Assembly: GCA_903813345.2 (NCBI GenBank)
Contig: CAIIXF020000001.1
Location: 13,764,001 to 13,828,000, forward strand
DNA length: 64,000 nucleotides
From: Owenia fusiformis
Lineage: Eukaryota
Direction: 5' to 3'
Made by a program: the position numbers and the translations under genes. The notes below the pieces were generated by a model. That model saw only the letters and a list, made by a program, of their open reading frames with translations. It searched no databases and was not told the DNA's origin. Each line of letters begins with the position of its first letter. Position 1 is the stretch's first letter. Shown here piece by piece: positions 48,421 through 63,006 of this stretch.

Positions 48421-51400
48421 TGAAATGTACATTTATGTTCAGAAATGATGACGCTTCAATGTAAAACCAAGAAACGCAAATGTTACAGGATTTCCCTTTA
48501 ACTCACTTGGACATGCTATGGTTGTAAAAATGTGGGTAACAAATAAATTCTGATGTTTTGCGTTGCTATTTCAACACTAAACCTTGTTCTGCCAGAATAA
48601 CGTACAGAAACCATCCATTGATAACTGAACTGGTCCCAATGGATGCTCGTTATATTTCTACATGTCATTTATTGGAGAGACCAATGGAACCGAACATATT
48701 GCTCTGCAATATAAACGTGTATGGCATAAAAATCGTAATTGTTGTTCAACATACTCTAGAAAATATAAAACACAACAGTAGTACATATTAATTATATCAA
48801 CCGATCAGAATTTTAATCAGAAAATGATCATTCGAAAAAAATCAGTCAGTGTCACCTTTAACATTTCACAGAAAGTGTTTATTACATAAAAACGATTTTT
48901 AAACACTTGATTTGTGTTGGCCTGTTGAAATCCCTGGTGAAACGGTGGCACGTTCACCGATCAAGTTGAATCAGTTCAAAATTCGCGCAAGAGAAAATAA
49001 TGGAAAAGATCAAACGATATTGCTCAATATAACTGTTATTGAAACCTTAATATATAAGCATTCACTTACCATTTTATTACATATAGATAGAAATAAAGAA
49101 TCCTATAAGAAGTGGCCCGATATTACTCCGCTCTTTGGTGTGAATTCTTCCCGTGATGTGTGTGAAGTGAGCGCTTTTTATCTATTTCAAGTTTGCAGCC
49201 AGAACAGCTGGGAAAGCGGCATTAAGAATCAGACCAGCGAAACAGTAAATGAAAATCCTACCACTAATAACTCGGTTGGATTCCCCCTCACTACGTTAAG
49301 ACTTATCCCATCCAATCGAAGCAATGACTATTTATCTCTTTTAATCCACTAATTCAATATAAAGAGTCGTGGTAAGCCCTTCCTGGGTGAAATTCTAATA
49401 ACGCGGAACTTGGTATACGTACATCTCTGTTTCGCCAGTGATTATTAACATTCAATTGAGTTATGTATTGCGGATACAGTTTTTTGGATTAAGTGAGAGT
49501 AAATTGCATGCGATATATGGAAATTATCCAGCGTTGTTTTAATATCAGTTCCGAGTGTTCTACGCATCATACATATTTAACTCATTATCTGCTATTTGGT
49601 TATGCGTTCATTTGGAGCACATTGTGTTTGTATTAAAATACTATTACAATGTGTTCCTTTAATGTAATTTGATCACAATAATTCACGAGAAAATATAGCA
49701 TTCAGAACTGTAAAATGATATTTCGATAGTGAGTTCAATTTCAATATTGGCACTAGCTAATTGAACCAGAAAGAAGGTTAAAAATATCGGTTTTTTGATG
49801 TCGAAGTCCATAATGTGTCAATTGGTAAGCAGTAGCGAGAGTAAAATATATTCTGCCCCGAATGTAATTACACTTACCGCCTCTCTGTAAACAAAAATGC
49901 TATTCTTCATAGTTGATTTGATGCTTTGGTGGTTTTGGTCAAGCCATCTTTAAACCTTCTCCTAATTGAGTAACTGAGTCACTTTCAGATGAAACACTTC
50001 GATTCATGTTTTTTCGTTCCATGACATTAAACACAAGTTTGGTAGTGATCACGAAATAATACGATTGAGGGGTTGTTAAGTTAGCACGCTGGCACTTGCA
50101 ATTCTTACTAAATTATTTTAACAACGTGCAATGTTTTTGACATTATTCCCGTGTAAAACTGAAAAACATTTGAACGGAAAGAGATACCGCGAAACTTTTG
50201 GCCCACTCTGTATAATTGTCGAAATACAGGCTGTATCAATATGGTCCCGTATTTAGCGTCCTAAGTGGTACTGATAACCTAAACTAAATTAAAGTACGAC
50301 TGTCTTTTGGCTACAAAAAATGACCCGGTGTAAAAGGGTAGGAGGTCCTATCAAATTATGGTCCTACTCTCCATCGATTTATATGGTGACCTAAATACAA
50401 CACTTTCCCTCATTATCTTATACGCAATCAGGGCCAGTAAGGGCCGTTAAGAAAGGGGACCATAATCCCTGGGGGACCATCATTTCTTTCACACCGGGCT
50501 TCCTTCTGGTGTATTTGGGATGCTGATTTCATGAATTGTAGTTTTAAAGTAGTCAAACCCTCCCCTAACTTATACTGCCATGATTCAATGAGCAACTTGA
50601 TCCGAGAATACGTCCGCAAAATGAAACACCCTACACTATCAAAGAAAATAATTAAAAAACTGTTAATGAGCACAAAATGTCCCCGTCTGGTAACAGAAAC
50701 GGATTCTGTATAATGATCAGTTGATACCGTGACTTATCTGTTTCTACCCGTCAATTGAGCTCCCATCGAGTTAGTACACTACCGAAAAGTAGATTATGCA
50801 ATGAGAATCCTTAAGTGTTATATTATATAACGCAATACTTCGGATTTGTGTTGTTTCGAATGTGTTTATAAACAAACTGGCGCAAGACTTGGCCACCTCT
50901 CGTCGAGAGTAGATGATGAAGTGCAACATTATCAATCTACGATTCCTAGGTGTTTACTAAGTACCGTGGAATTTCCAGCAAATTATGAGTTGAACACCCT
51001 TACGAAGTTCTGGCCGAATGCTGTTCAAGAGTAAAAAGCCTCATTTCTTTTCAAATGGACCATTATTGAGGGTCAAAATTTATGGCTAAATAAATTATTT
51101 GATTGTGTATGCTCATGATGCTATCATTTTGAAAAAAACACAAAAGTAGTCCGTTTAACAGAACAATTTGTCCAATCAAAGACTCACTAACTTGCAAGAT
51201 GGACTCGCTACGGGCTAATGGCTTTAACACACATCGCATCCTCTTACCTATAAATGATTATTCAAATGGTTGCCCTAATAGTGCAAGGTACGCCCAGGTA
51301 AATGTACTAAGTATGTACATGTATAATGTGTAGGAGAGCAATTTAAAAAAGCTAACTGATGATGGATCATGCCAAACTGTTGTGTTGTGAAGCATAGGAG

Positions 51401-52169
51401 ATCATCGGTATCAAGTAATCCACAAGAAAACACGTGGGTCTTATAATTTATAAATTACGGTATCTAGAGTATATTGTAACGTTTGTGTTGTCGGCAAAAT
51501 AAGTTACGTACCATTGGATACCGACCAAATCAGCTCTAAATCGGCAATTGTTAATCTATTACTAATAAGGTGATTAACCCACCAATCAACTCTTATAGTT
51601 ACAAAAACTAAAATAATATAATATGGTTGCCCCGTTATGTTATCGTGGCCACAGACATTCTGTTTGCGGTTATTGTGAAAACTTACAACATTTGACGGAA
51701 AGAATCATCAAAAATTACTATGAGGCAGATATGCACATTCTTTTCCATATCCAACATGATGATTCACTCACTCTTTAAAAAAACACACATTTGCAAAATA
51801 TGAAAATGTCGAAACTCAGTAAACCTACCTAACCATAATGATTTTTTAAACGGAACTAAAAAGTTCCACCGAGATTCCTGACTTTGCTAACATTGTTACT
51901 TATATTTTGAACAGCAGAGGCGACCAACAGGTACGCGTTCTCAACTGGCGTTCTACCAGCCTGGTAATTTACCCTTGGTCCCTTATGCAGACCTTTTTGC
52001 CTCGGCTGGACGTGGACGTTGTCTACCATGTATTTACAATTATCCCTTGAAGTCTATGGAAATTAAAATGCTAAATGTTTAGAGATATATGATCACTAAG
52101 CAACATAACACCTAACACCATAGTGATTGGTATACGTACGGCTGTAATTGTCATTAAAAACGAAGCAAA

Positions 52170-53824
52170 AACTAATCTTCAAAATATTGAATCCATTAAT
52201 TTTGAAAATAAAATTCAGGAAATGCAAACTGTAATAAGTAGATATAGAAAAAGAAACTTATCAATAGTAGGAAAAATAACGGTTCTTAAATCATTTGTTT
52301 TGCCTAAAGTAGTACATTTATTTCTAGTGTTACCCAAATTGTCATGTGCAAATCATAAAAGAATAAAACAACTGTTTACTTCTTTTATATGGAATTCCAC
52401 AGTAGCAAAAGTAAGCTTCTCGCAATTAGTTCAAAATGTTGAAGATGGAGGTTTGAGAATGATTGAACAAACGCTCTTTGAACAATCCCTCAAACTTACA
52501 TGGATGCAAAAACTTCTTAGAGATGGCTCTTGGCAAGAAACTGCTTTAAAAATCATCAATGTAAGATCAAGAAACGAGCTTTTTATGTATGATTCAAAAT
52601 CAATTCAAAAAATTGAGGAAAAAATTTCGAATAATTTCTGGAGAGATTTTGTTCATGTTCTGAGAATTTACACACAACAGAAAGAAAAAGAAGCTGAACA
52701 TAATACTAAACTGAGAGCTGAACAAGCTATGTGTAATACATGGGGGAAACATACCAAAAATCAAAATGTTCAATATATACTGCAAAATACAAAGGTTAAC
52801 AATGAAGTAATTGTACTACAGGAGGTATTTCATAATTCAAAAAGACTTCTAACGCTTTTAGAATTCAATGACAAATTCCACAGTAATATTAATTTTTTAG
52901 ACTATTTGAGTCTAAAAAACACTATTCCAAAATCTTGGCTAAGAGACGTCATGGAGAATAATCAGAATACCACTGATTATGAAAGAAATAAAGCACACGT
53001 ACAAAAGTTCCTTACTCAGTCAAAGATTAGTAAAATAATATACTGGGAATTTGTTCAGAATTTAGAAAAGAATTCAAAATATATAGAAGGATGGAATAAA
53101 GATCTGAATTTGTCACTCAATCAAAATGATTGGAAGAAGATAAATAAACTTAACAAACTGAGTAACTATGAACCTAAGTTATCATCCTTCACTTATAAAG
53201 TCCTTCACAGATTTTTAGCAACTAATACATACCTAAAAATGTGTGGACTCGTAGAGTCAAACATTTGCACTTTTTGTAAAGCAAATCCTGAAACGATTTG
53301 CCATCTTCTGTATGAATGTACTATTGTAAGTGCCGTATTAAATGACATTAAACAATGGCTTCCTTTAGAGCTCACATTGCTATGCACTAAACAAAATGTA
53401 TTGATAGGACCTGAGAGTATAAATGAGAAGACAATCATCTTAAATAATATGCTATGTATTTTTAAAAGGTATGTTTATTTGTGCAAATATTCTATGCTAA
53501 AACCAACACTTAAAGGTTTTATAAGTAATGTGAAGGAATATTTTATTATGGACAAACGGGTTGGCAGAGGCGATAAGTGGAAAATCATGGAAACAAAATT
53601 AAACAAATGAAACTGATGATTTTTTCCTTTAAATAAATAAAAAAATGCCAATGGTATAACGTCTCTTAAGACGAAATATTTAACCACTGTACTGTATTGT
53701 AAAATTGTTAAATGTAGGATTACATGTAACTGTACTGTAATTGTTTTTTGCAATTGCTTTAACATGCTTATTCTTTGAAATAAAAAAATTATAAAAAATA
53801 AAAAAAAAAACTAAAAAAAACTAA
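52170..53824 (+). mobile_element. 5'-truncated Tx1/L1-clade LINE (ORF2 C-terminal part, 3' UTR, A-rich tail)
   Basis: Open frame with RNLSIVGKITVLKSFVLPKVVH, GGLRM and the zinc knuckle CTFCKANPETICHLLYEC; AATAAA at ~53779 followed by an A-rich tail; possible TSD aaaaactaa (52167 / 53816). Confidence 0.9.
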
Positions 53825-54414
53825 ATCGCATCATTTTGTAAGATGCAGTTACTGCCGTCGATGAATCCTGATACGAGAAGGTAAGCACCGTTTTGAAGAA
53901 CGTGTACGTGAAACGTGTAAAATGATGGTCCCCTGACTCCTATGGACAATTTTCACTTCATTGGCCTAAAATTATTACCCGTTTGACTATGCATGAAGGT
54001 ATAAGGGGAATCGTTGTAACAAGGCCCCCGTTTAAACCAATTGAGAGTTGGATAACAATTCCTGGTGGTCATAATAGTACACGTTCACGTTAACAAGTTC
54101 TCCCAAATGCGTATAACCAGTGAATTAACTGGGATGGGTGAATAAACTTGAGGCTTTATATACCCAGCGAGGACAGGTGAAACATTTCCATTTTGTATTT
54201 CTTCCACAAAATATCTGGCGCACAGGCTTTTTCTTTCGGCTGTATTTTGACTGCTGCATCTGTTTCCAACCAAGTTCATAATATCAAAATTAGATATAGA
54301 AATAAATAGTTCAGACAACCTGCTAGTCTGTTAAAAGTGTGGCATGTCATCACAATATCTGCTATTAACACATACTAACACTTACTGTTAAGTTATACAC
54401 TGGTGATCCGCTCG

Positions 54415-54880
54415 ATTACGCGTTCGTTTTGGTAACAAAATGTCGGAACGTCGAAGGAACGATTTTTCTTTTTCCCTATTTCACGCGTTGTAGGCAGTCC
54501 CCGCGACGTTTTTTCTCACAAACGTATATCAGTATATTTTAGAAAATGTACATGTTTGCGGAAAAATAACTCAGAAGACAACAGAATCGTCGATTTAATT
54601 CCTCACTTAAGTTACAGAAACGGTTTGGGGTAAAAATGCAGATCTTAACTGTTTTTCGAAATACCGTTTCTGTAACTTAAATGAAGAATTAAATCGACGA
54701 TTCTGTTGTCTTCTGAACTATTTTTTCGCAAATGTGTACATTTTCTTAAACATATGTTATTGATACACGTGTGTGTTAAAAATGTCGTGAGAATTCTGCC
54801 TACAAGGTGTGAAATAAGGAAAAAAGAAAAATCGTAGATTCGATATTCCGACATTTTGTTACCGAAACGAACCGTTGTAA
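54415..54880. repeat. Imperfect foldback palindrome (~230 bp arms)
   Basis: ttcgttttggtaacaaaatgtcggaa / ttccgacattttgttaccgaaacgaa; cagaagacaacagaatcgtcgatttaatt / aattaaatcgacgattctgttgtcttctg. Confidence 0.9.
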
Positions 54881-56207
54881 TGATTAAATATGATCGTTCA
54901 GCTTGTACCAATTAGATAATTCAATTAATCTCCCCGACACGATCTTTTAAAACGCTTCCACCTGTTTAATAGAAGGAAAAAACGTCCATTCAATTTGGAT
55001 TTATTTCCAAAATAATTGGATTTTTATGGATAAATGTTGATCAAGCGTCATTGCATAAATGTAATAAATGGACGATAAAAACTGTTCTAAATGTGGTGTT
55101 CATTTCCGGTATCAATCGTATTTTCTAACTTACAATGCTAAATTATTTTACATGAATGATTTGGAAAATAAAATTCTAATTCTCTTCAGTAAGGCCAATT
55201 ATATGGTAAAGTGAACAATATGTAACATCTTGATATTTTGGCTTTTAGAGTGGTACATATTCGCTTTGCTGGATATGTGTATATGACTCGAATATAGTAC
55301 ACTCCCCTCCAAAAGTATGTAAACTTTGTAAAATCCCATCTCCTCCACTGGACCATGTATTTAGTGTTATGTTTGTCGTTATTCAAGTTGTTGTGATTGA
55401 ATTCGAATTCATAAACAAGCTGCTCAAGCTGTCCAATGAAGAGTCGTGTCGGCATCACAAAACATATTGTGGGCAAAACCCCAACGGAGTTCTGCGGACC
55501 GGATCTGGAATGGACGGTAACCTCATACTCGTCCCAACCCGGATACGACTGTCACGGCAGAAAGTATAAACTGACAGAAAAGCAAGGTTCAGTTATTTCA
55601 GTTTATAAGACCAGTTTAGAAATGTCACGTGGAACGATAGCTCCAAACGATTCGGACATTTTTGTTAGCTCAAATTAAACAATTAGGTATGAACTGGGAT
55701 TCCTCTCATACATGACATGGTCCCAAACATTGATGATATTGGCCTGATCATTGCAAGCCTTGTCATTGATCAGTGACTTTGTCCTATTCAATGATACTAG
55801 ATGTGTTTTGAGGGGGCAAGGTTTCATTCATAATGATGTTGCCTTGTAGAATGACAACATGATCTGACTCACGGTTGTCATTGATCTTTTAATTGATGAT
55901 ATAGCCAGACATCATTTTGGGGGTTAAGATCTCTTCTCATTCATTGCCCGAAACGAGTACGTAGCGTGACTCATTATTTTCTAAATGGCTTCATTCACTG
56001 TTCAAGATATTGCATTGGTCTCAGTTCGAACTTAGAATGATCTCAACGGTTGTATAATTATATTAATTTATGATGGTATTATATTATCTTTTGGTGACAT
56101 TGACTCCGATGTATTAGCTCAACGATGACATATTCCCTTTTATTAGATACCATTACCATGTGAGTAGACATGCATGGCATTAATTTGCTAAGATTAATTC
56201 GTTAAAG

Positions 56208-56538
56208 GACAAATCAGAGGTACCCTACATTAACCATGGTCTACCCAACCAATATTTCAATGACCTACAAATCTGCCCCCCTCACCTCATCAATGATGAC
56301 ATTACCTGCAACAACATCATTGTTGAAAGCAACTTCACGACATCGGTTCGAACCATCCTTCACGTTTAAGAGGTGACAAATCAGAGGTCCCTACATTAAC
56401 AATGGTTACCCGAGCAATGTTTCATTCACATATAACCTGCAAATCTGCCCCCTAATCTCTAATAATTGCATTAACTGTTATAGCAACAACGCCATTGATG
56501 GAAGTAACATAACGACAGCGGTTCAAACCACCCTTCAC
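56208..56538. repeat. Two-copy diverged direct repeat (~167-bp period)
   Basis: gacaaatcagaggt.ccctacattaac at 56208 and 56375; both copies end cggttc.aacca.ccttcac. Confidence 0.8.
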
Positions 56539-57882
56539 CGATCGCTACTACCGCGCAGGAAAGAAGTAAAATACCCTTGAACCAAGGATGGTCCAAACAC
56601 CCCTAAAAGTTTGTTTTGCCCAGTAACACCTAGTCCCTTTTGTAGTAACACGACAAATCCGTTTACTGATCATCACCGAAACACGTGACATGATTAGTTA
56701 CAATCGAGTATTTTGATTTTGTTAGAAAAAAGCATTATGCAAAAAAGTGTCATTTCTGGCATGTTCCTGAGCTTTTCTTTCGTGTTATGCAAAAGATGGC
56801 AAGTGAAAAATAAACTCCACACGATTTTGTTAATCTGAGTATTTATCACACCAGTTCACGATGAACGCTTCAAAAATACATTAATCCATTAAGATAATAT
56901 CCCTAAATTGTGAAAATTTTAATTTTCTTCAAAAATAAGCACATAATTAGACGTGCCGTCGATTGTTATATTAGGAGATTTACTCATATGTGGTCTTAAG
57001 TCCTCGTCAAAATCCTTTTATTAAAACATGGGCGATCATTTGTTCAGTCGTTTCACAAATAATGCCATTTAAAAATTACCTAAAACATTGAATTAGAATG
57101 CATCGAGTGTGAAATATCATAATAGTCTAAAGAATTAGTCTTTTCAGCCAATTTAGCCACTTTGTACTCGACATACAGATTTTGCTGTTTGATAACATAA
57201 TTGAAAAATTTGCGTACTCTCCCATAGTTTGCTTCAACAAAATAGAGTTTCGTATATAAGATAATAGGCTATGGGAATACTTACTTTCGGTGTACTATAT
57301 TTACGTGTACTGTGTTGATTATAAATATGTGTCGAAGCAACGTGCTATCTTTTGTTAATGTCTGTCTTGATAAAAATGTGCACCCCAGTATCGATTTAAA
57401 TGGAGAAATGTGCCAGTTGTGCTCAATTGAAAATTTCTCCTTGTTCAGAAGGAGATAAAGATTCAGATGAGTCTTTATCGATTAAGAAGGAATTCCAACT
57501 AAGTCTTCACTTCCCTGTTAATTGCTCTTCCGAACGCCCAGATGTTCGAACATATTTTGTCTATTTACTTACATTCTTGTATTTCACATGTTCTTTATTG
57601 ACCCGAGAAATATTTCATCTCTAACTACAGCGCATGTATTATGATGGACCAGCTCCGAATTTCAGTTTCTTAAATTTTTCAAATGTTTCATAATTATTTT
57701 GCGAACCCTAGTCCCAGGCCACGTATGTTAACTTGAAATTGAAGCGTCGTTGGAAGAACTGCAGGAATCATTAAAATTGATCCAAAAATAAAGATAACAT
57801 ATTCTGGGGTTTACATATTTCGAAAACACCTGTACGTGTGTTTTTACCTGGCATTTTACTAGTTCTCAGAAGGTCAGGAAAA

Positions 57883-58077
57883 TACAGTAAGACCTGTTTT
57901 ATCCGAACGCCACTTGGCCCATGACTAAAAGTGTTCAGATTAGCAGGTATTCACATTTCAAGGTTTTAAAATATGTGAGCCAATGACGGGAGATAACAAA
58001 TTTGGAACTGAGAAAAAAGTGTTCACATTAAGAGGTGTTCGGGTTATAGAGGTGTTCGGATATACACCTTCTCTGTA
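57883..58077. mobile_element. Short pogo/Tigger-like MITE
   Basis: TA-cagtaagacctg...tccgaac / gttcggat...ctctg-TA with repeated ggtgttcgg. Confidence 0.45.
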
Positions 58078-59577
58078 CAAATAGCACACGTAAGGTAAAA
58101 TGGATCCCGTGGTTATAGATAGTGTAATAAAAGTCATTTAAAAATAATAATTTTATGGTGATAGGAAGTTGTTGGTTTTCATCTTCTTTTTTCATAAACA
58201 TTTTAAACGATTACCGCAAGCGTGTTCAAACCACTTAATCACAAATATACATTTTTTGTTTCTTATATTTAAAATGAATTATAAAGTTCTGAATTTCAAG
58301 ATGACCTGGTATATCTATTGTAAAACCTGTATTTAAAATCGTTCACATCGTGTCTTTATTTTCATAATTTATAACTGTAATCTTCTACTTACCCGTTTTA
58401 ACATGCTATTACGCTCCTTTCAGGAACAACGGGGGTTCAGTTCTAGAATTCTATCAGCCACTGAATTTTTAATAGCATGGAGAAATATTGGTTTAACTTT
58501 CAACTGGATCGATCTTTTGAAAGTTTAACTATCGAACATTTGTTATTTAGCACTTATATTCTACTTCACCGTTCAACACATTAATGAGTCAACATTCCGA
58601 ATGCTTCTCTGTTTTCTGAATGGGAAACTCCTTCAGTATTATGACTTTGAACAGACTGGTTGAAAGCACAGCAAGATCACGAGCAAATTTTCTGATCAGC
58701 CTTACCTTACCGAATTGTTTACAAGGCATTGCGGTATATTTACAATACCTATTCTACAAACTTCTTAGACAAATTAGGAAAAGATTTCAATTGAATAGGA
58801 TAAATGTTCTTGAGGGAGTATAGCAAATTGACATTGTATTGAATTTCTACCCTAACTGAATGGCGCAGTGCGTGTATGCAAGCATTGATAATGCCGAAAT
58901 ACAATAAATGTAGACATTTGAATCAGAAAGTAAGAAAGTATCTGTATTCTCCTGTAACGGGACCTCGACATTCCATCACACCCAAAGTGCAAAGAACTCT
59001 CTGCAACAGAAAGGCTCTTTGTGGCTACTCACTTCCAAATCAAAGGAATTTAAATGTATACAGTCCCAAACAGCACCATGCCCATACTACAAACCTCAAA
59101 TTAAGTCAACGATACTTTTGCTCCTAGTATATTAATTTTTCTATGTCAGAAACCAATACTGAACTTCCTTTAATTTACAAACACTGTGCCAAAATCTAAT
59201 CAAAGGATGAGATTTAATCATTGGATAAAAAATTGCATGTGGTGGAGTTTGACGCAAATGCAATGAGATAATATAAAGAGCCATACTAGCATATCATTAC
59301 AATACTAGTAGTACCCCTGTTCGCGGACATTATTTTGGACCATGCGATATCAATTTATTCTTTATGAATGAATGGAATGTTATGGCCTTACTTTTGTTAA
59401 AAAGGCAGAGCCAATATCATCATTCAACCAGCACGTGGCATAGCACTTGTATAAGTTGCGTCTATAACATTATGGTGGCCCAGTCGCAATTTGTTTTATT
59501 TAACTTTTTTAATTTGATGTAATTTAATGATAACTAATATGCAATACGCGAACTTTGAAATATAGAAAAGCAATGTA

Positions 59578-61901
59578 CACTCCCCTCCATAAGTTTGGCA
59601 ACCTTTTTTCCCCCATTGAACTACGTGTTATGTAAAGCCTCTTTACCTTTGAATTTTATTTACTTAACCTGCGATGAAAATACTTATACTATTGATGGAA
59701 ACGTAATTTGACTTTAATTCCAATAGCTCCAAATTTTCTCATTTTTATCCTCAATTACAATAGATCGAAAATTGATGATAAATTTGGTGAATTTTTGAAA
59801 ATCGACATTCCCATGTTAACCAATGGGAAATGGTAGGTTTGCCGCAAGTCATATGACAGAATATCCATCCATCCGAGTCCTTGCAAAAAATACGAGTTAG
59901 GCAGGCAATTGAATTTGCTAACTTTATTTAACAAAAAAATGATATGTTTCTTCAGGTTCAACAAAGTTATAGGGCTTTAAAGTCAAAATTGTTTTTCAAA
60001 AAACCTCTCCCATTGAAATAACACAGGAGGCGAAAGATTATTTTCAAAAATGACTTTGAAGCGCCGTAACTTCAATATTCATAAAATAAACTAAACACTT
60101 AGTGTTCAAAAAAGTTAGACAATTCAATTTTCTATATAAAAATATTTTTTGCTGAATCTTTTACTGAAAAGATATCCTGATTTCTGATTTGCCCCGAACC
60201 TTTTATTTCCCATTGGATTACATGGGAATGACGATTTTCAAAAATTCATCAAATTTATCATCAATTTTATGTCACCACCAAAAGTGGTGACATATTGTTA
60301 TGGTCTCCGTTTTTTTGCGACGGCGGTTGGCGGTTGGCGTCCGGCGGTTGGCGTCCGGCGGTTGGTGGTTGGAGGTTGGCGTCCGGCGTCTGTAACAATT
60401 TTCTATATAAAAATATTTTTTGCTGAATCTTTTACTGAAAAGATATCCTGATTTCTGATTTGCCCCGAACCTTTTATTTCCCATTGGATTACATGGGAAT
60501 GACGATTTTCAAAAATTCATCAAATTTATCATCAATTTTTATGTCACCACCAAAAGTGGTGACATATTGTTATGGTCTCCGTTTTTTTGCGACGGCGGTT
60601 AAAGGCGGTTGGCGTCCGGCGGTTGGCGTCCGGCGGTTGGTGGTTGGAGGTTGGCGTCCGGCGTCTGTAACAATTTCTTACAACTTCCTATAACTTAACA
60701 AATACTGTTTAGACTGACTTCAATTTTTTTCTAAATCATCTACATGTTCTCAGAAGTTCAAATCTGACTTTAGATTTGACATTTGACCTTCAATGACCTT
60801 CTCAAGGTCAAAAAGGTCTTTTTTCAACTTGCTTCACATTGACTTAATTTTTTTTCAAAATCATCTACATGTTCTCAGAAATTCAAATCTGACTTTAGAT
60901 TTGACACTTGACCTTCAAATCTGACTTTAGATTTGACATTTGACCTTCAATGACCTTCTCAAGGTCAAAAAAGGTCAAAAAGGTCTGTTTTCAACTTGCT
61001 TCAAATTGACTAAAAAAAATTTCAAAATCATCTACGTGTTCTCAGAAATTCAAATCTGACTCTAGATTTGACTTAAGATTTGACATTAGACCTTCAATGA
61101 CCTTCTCAAAGTCAAAAAAGGTCAAAAAGGTCTTTTTTCAACTTGCTTCAAATTGACTAAATTTTTTTTTCAAAATCATCTACGTGTTCTCAGAAATTCA
61201 AATCTGACTTAAGATTTGACATTTGACCTTCAATGACCTTCTCAAGGTCAAAAAAGGTCAAAAAGGTATTTTTTCATCTTGCTTCAAAGTGACTAAATTT
61301 TTTTCAAAATCATCTACATGTTCTCAGAAATTCAAATATGACTTTAGATTTGACTTAAGATTTGACATTTGACCTTCAATGACCTTCTCAAGGTCAAAAA
61401 AGGTCAAAAAGGTCTTTTTTCAACTTGCTTCAAATTGACTTAATTTTTTTTTCAAAATCATCTACATGTTCTCAGAAATTCAAATCTGACTTTAGATTTG
61501 ACCTTTAATGACCTTCTTAATGTCAAAAAAGGTCAAAAAGGTCTGTTTTCAACTTGCTTCAAATTGACCAAATTTTTTTTTCAAAATCATCTACATCTTT
61601 TCAGAAGTTCAAATTTGACTTTACAAGTTCTCAGAAATTCAAATCTGACTTAAGTTTTAACTCTTAATATTGTGAGCAACTAGGTGGTGACATTTTGTCA
61701 TGTTAATGCCTTGTCGACCTATTGTAACTGAGGAAAAAAATTGAGAAAATTTTGACGTATTGGAAATAAAGTCAAGTTAAGTTTCCATCAATATTAAAAG
61801 TTATTTCATCGCCGGTTAAGTAAATAAAAATTCAAACGTAAAGAGGCTTTAACACGTAGTTCAATGGGGGAAAAAGGTTGTCAAACTTATGGAGGGGAGC
61901 G
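59578..61901. mobile_element. Tc1/mariner-like MITE with long TIRs, interrupted by a HINE
   Basis: TA-cactcccctccataagttt ... aaacttatggaggggagcg; ~250-bp arms, the right arm split between ~60205-60270 and 61714-61901. Confidence 0.75.
60537..61714 (+). mobile_element. Helentron/DINE-like element with internal satellite array
   Basis: T-run, atgtcaccacc sub-terminal motif, ggcgtcc/ggcggtt microsatellite, ~7 tandem units of ~130-170 bp, then inverted ggtggtgacat and gccttgt end. Confidence 0.7.
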
Positions 61902-63006
61902 TCACAAATTGCAATTTGCAATCGGCCTATAATACAAGAATTTTTTTAGTTCATTTAGTTACACCATTAGCCCATTATCCAAAATTTGTCGAAAGGCCTG
62001 AACTATGTTCACTACCAAGATTGAAAATACGTGTATTTCATTTTAAAACAAGGCAATTATCATGCAAAATGTCACCACCTGCCATTTGTTACAGACACCA
62101 CGTTTGGAAAGCCCTCTTTACATTTTACTTCTTATTTAGTTCATGTCCAATTGTGGTTTGCAAGTGAAAAAATTATAACTGTCAAATTCTATTTTCTCCT
62201 CTGTCGGCTTCGTCTGACTTAAATATTTCTTAACATGCAATATAACGATTTGTAAAATACGAATTAATGGCTACATTTCTTTTTTTTAGATTATTGATAT
62301 CATATTCACACATAGCCAGACATGATATACGTCATGGATTGTCCCTTCCTAAACCTCGACCTTCGGTTTTTGGTTTAAGGAAGGATCAATCCACTTGTGA
62401 TATATTTTACAAACAAAGCATTGTGTTTAGTGCTTAAATCCTTAAGTCGATCCCAGACGAAACGATATATTTCCAGACTATACCTCCCTTAAGACGGATT
62501 AGTGTCAATTAACTAATCGGTGGATTAAGTGCGAACAATCCTCATCGACTTTTACAATTTAGATATACCTGACGTTTGCCAATTTATCACGGCACTATTA
62601 AAACTAAGCGGAATACCAGAGATGATCTTGAAGGCTCAAAACAGCAAGAACGAGGCAGAACCTTGCAAGATTCATGCGGAAACGCAATTCACGTAACCGC
62701 CTGCAGGGAAACACACATTCTTATCACACCAGCAGCAGTTTTCGTAACCATATACAAAATATGATACATGTTTTCTATTTTTGTGTCCAAGAACATAAGT
62801 TTATCAACACATATAAGTAAGATAGATAGATATGGAAGATATAGTTAATTAAAAATTGATGTTCTCTATTGCCGCTGAGTATGGTATCCCCATGTGGCTA
62901 CTGATTGCCGCCATACTGGCATAAAGAGGGGCAGTGAACGGACCATACTTTATGCCACTAATAGCTGAGCAAAATAGGCAAAGCGAAAATGTTTTATGAT
63001 TTGAAT

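Noticed and set aside
48912-49352. 146-aa ORF, and other short ORFs such as 5650-6021 and 46132-46395
   Set aside because: No recognisable domain or exon structure; consistent with chance ORFs.
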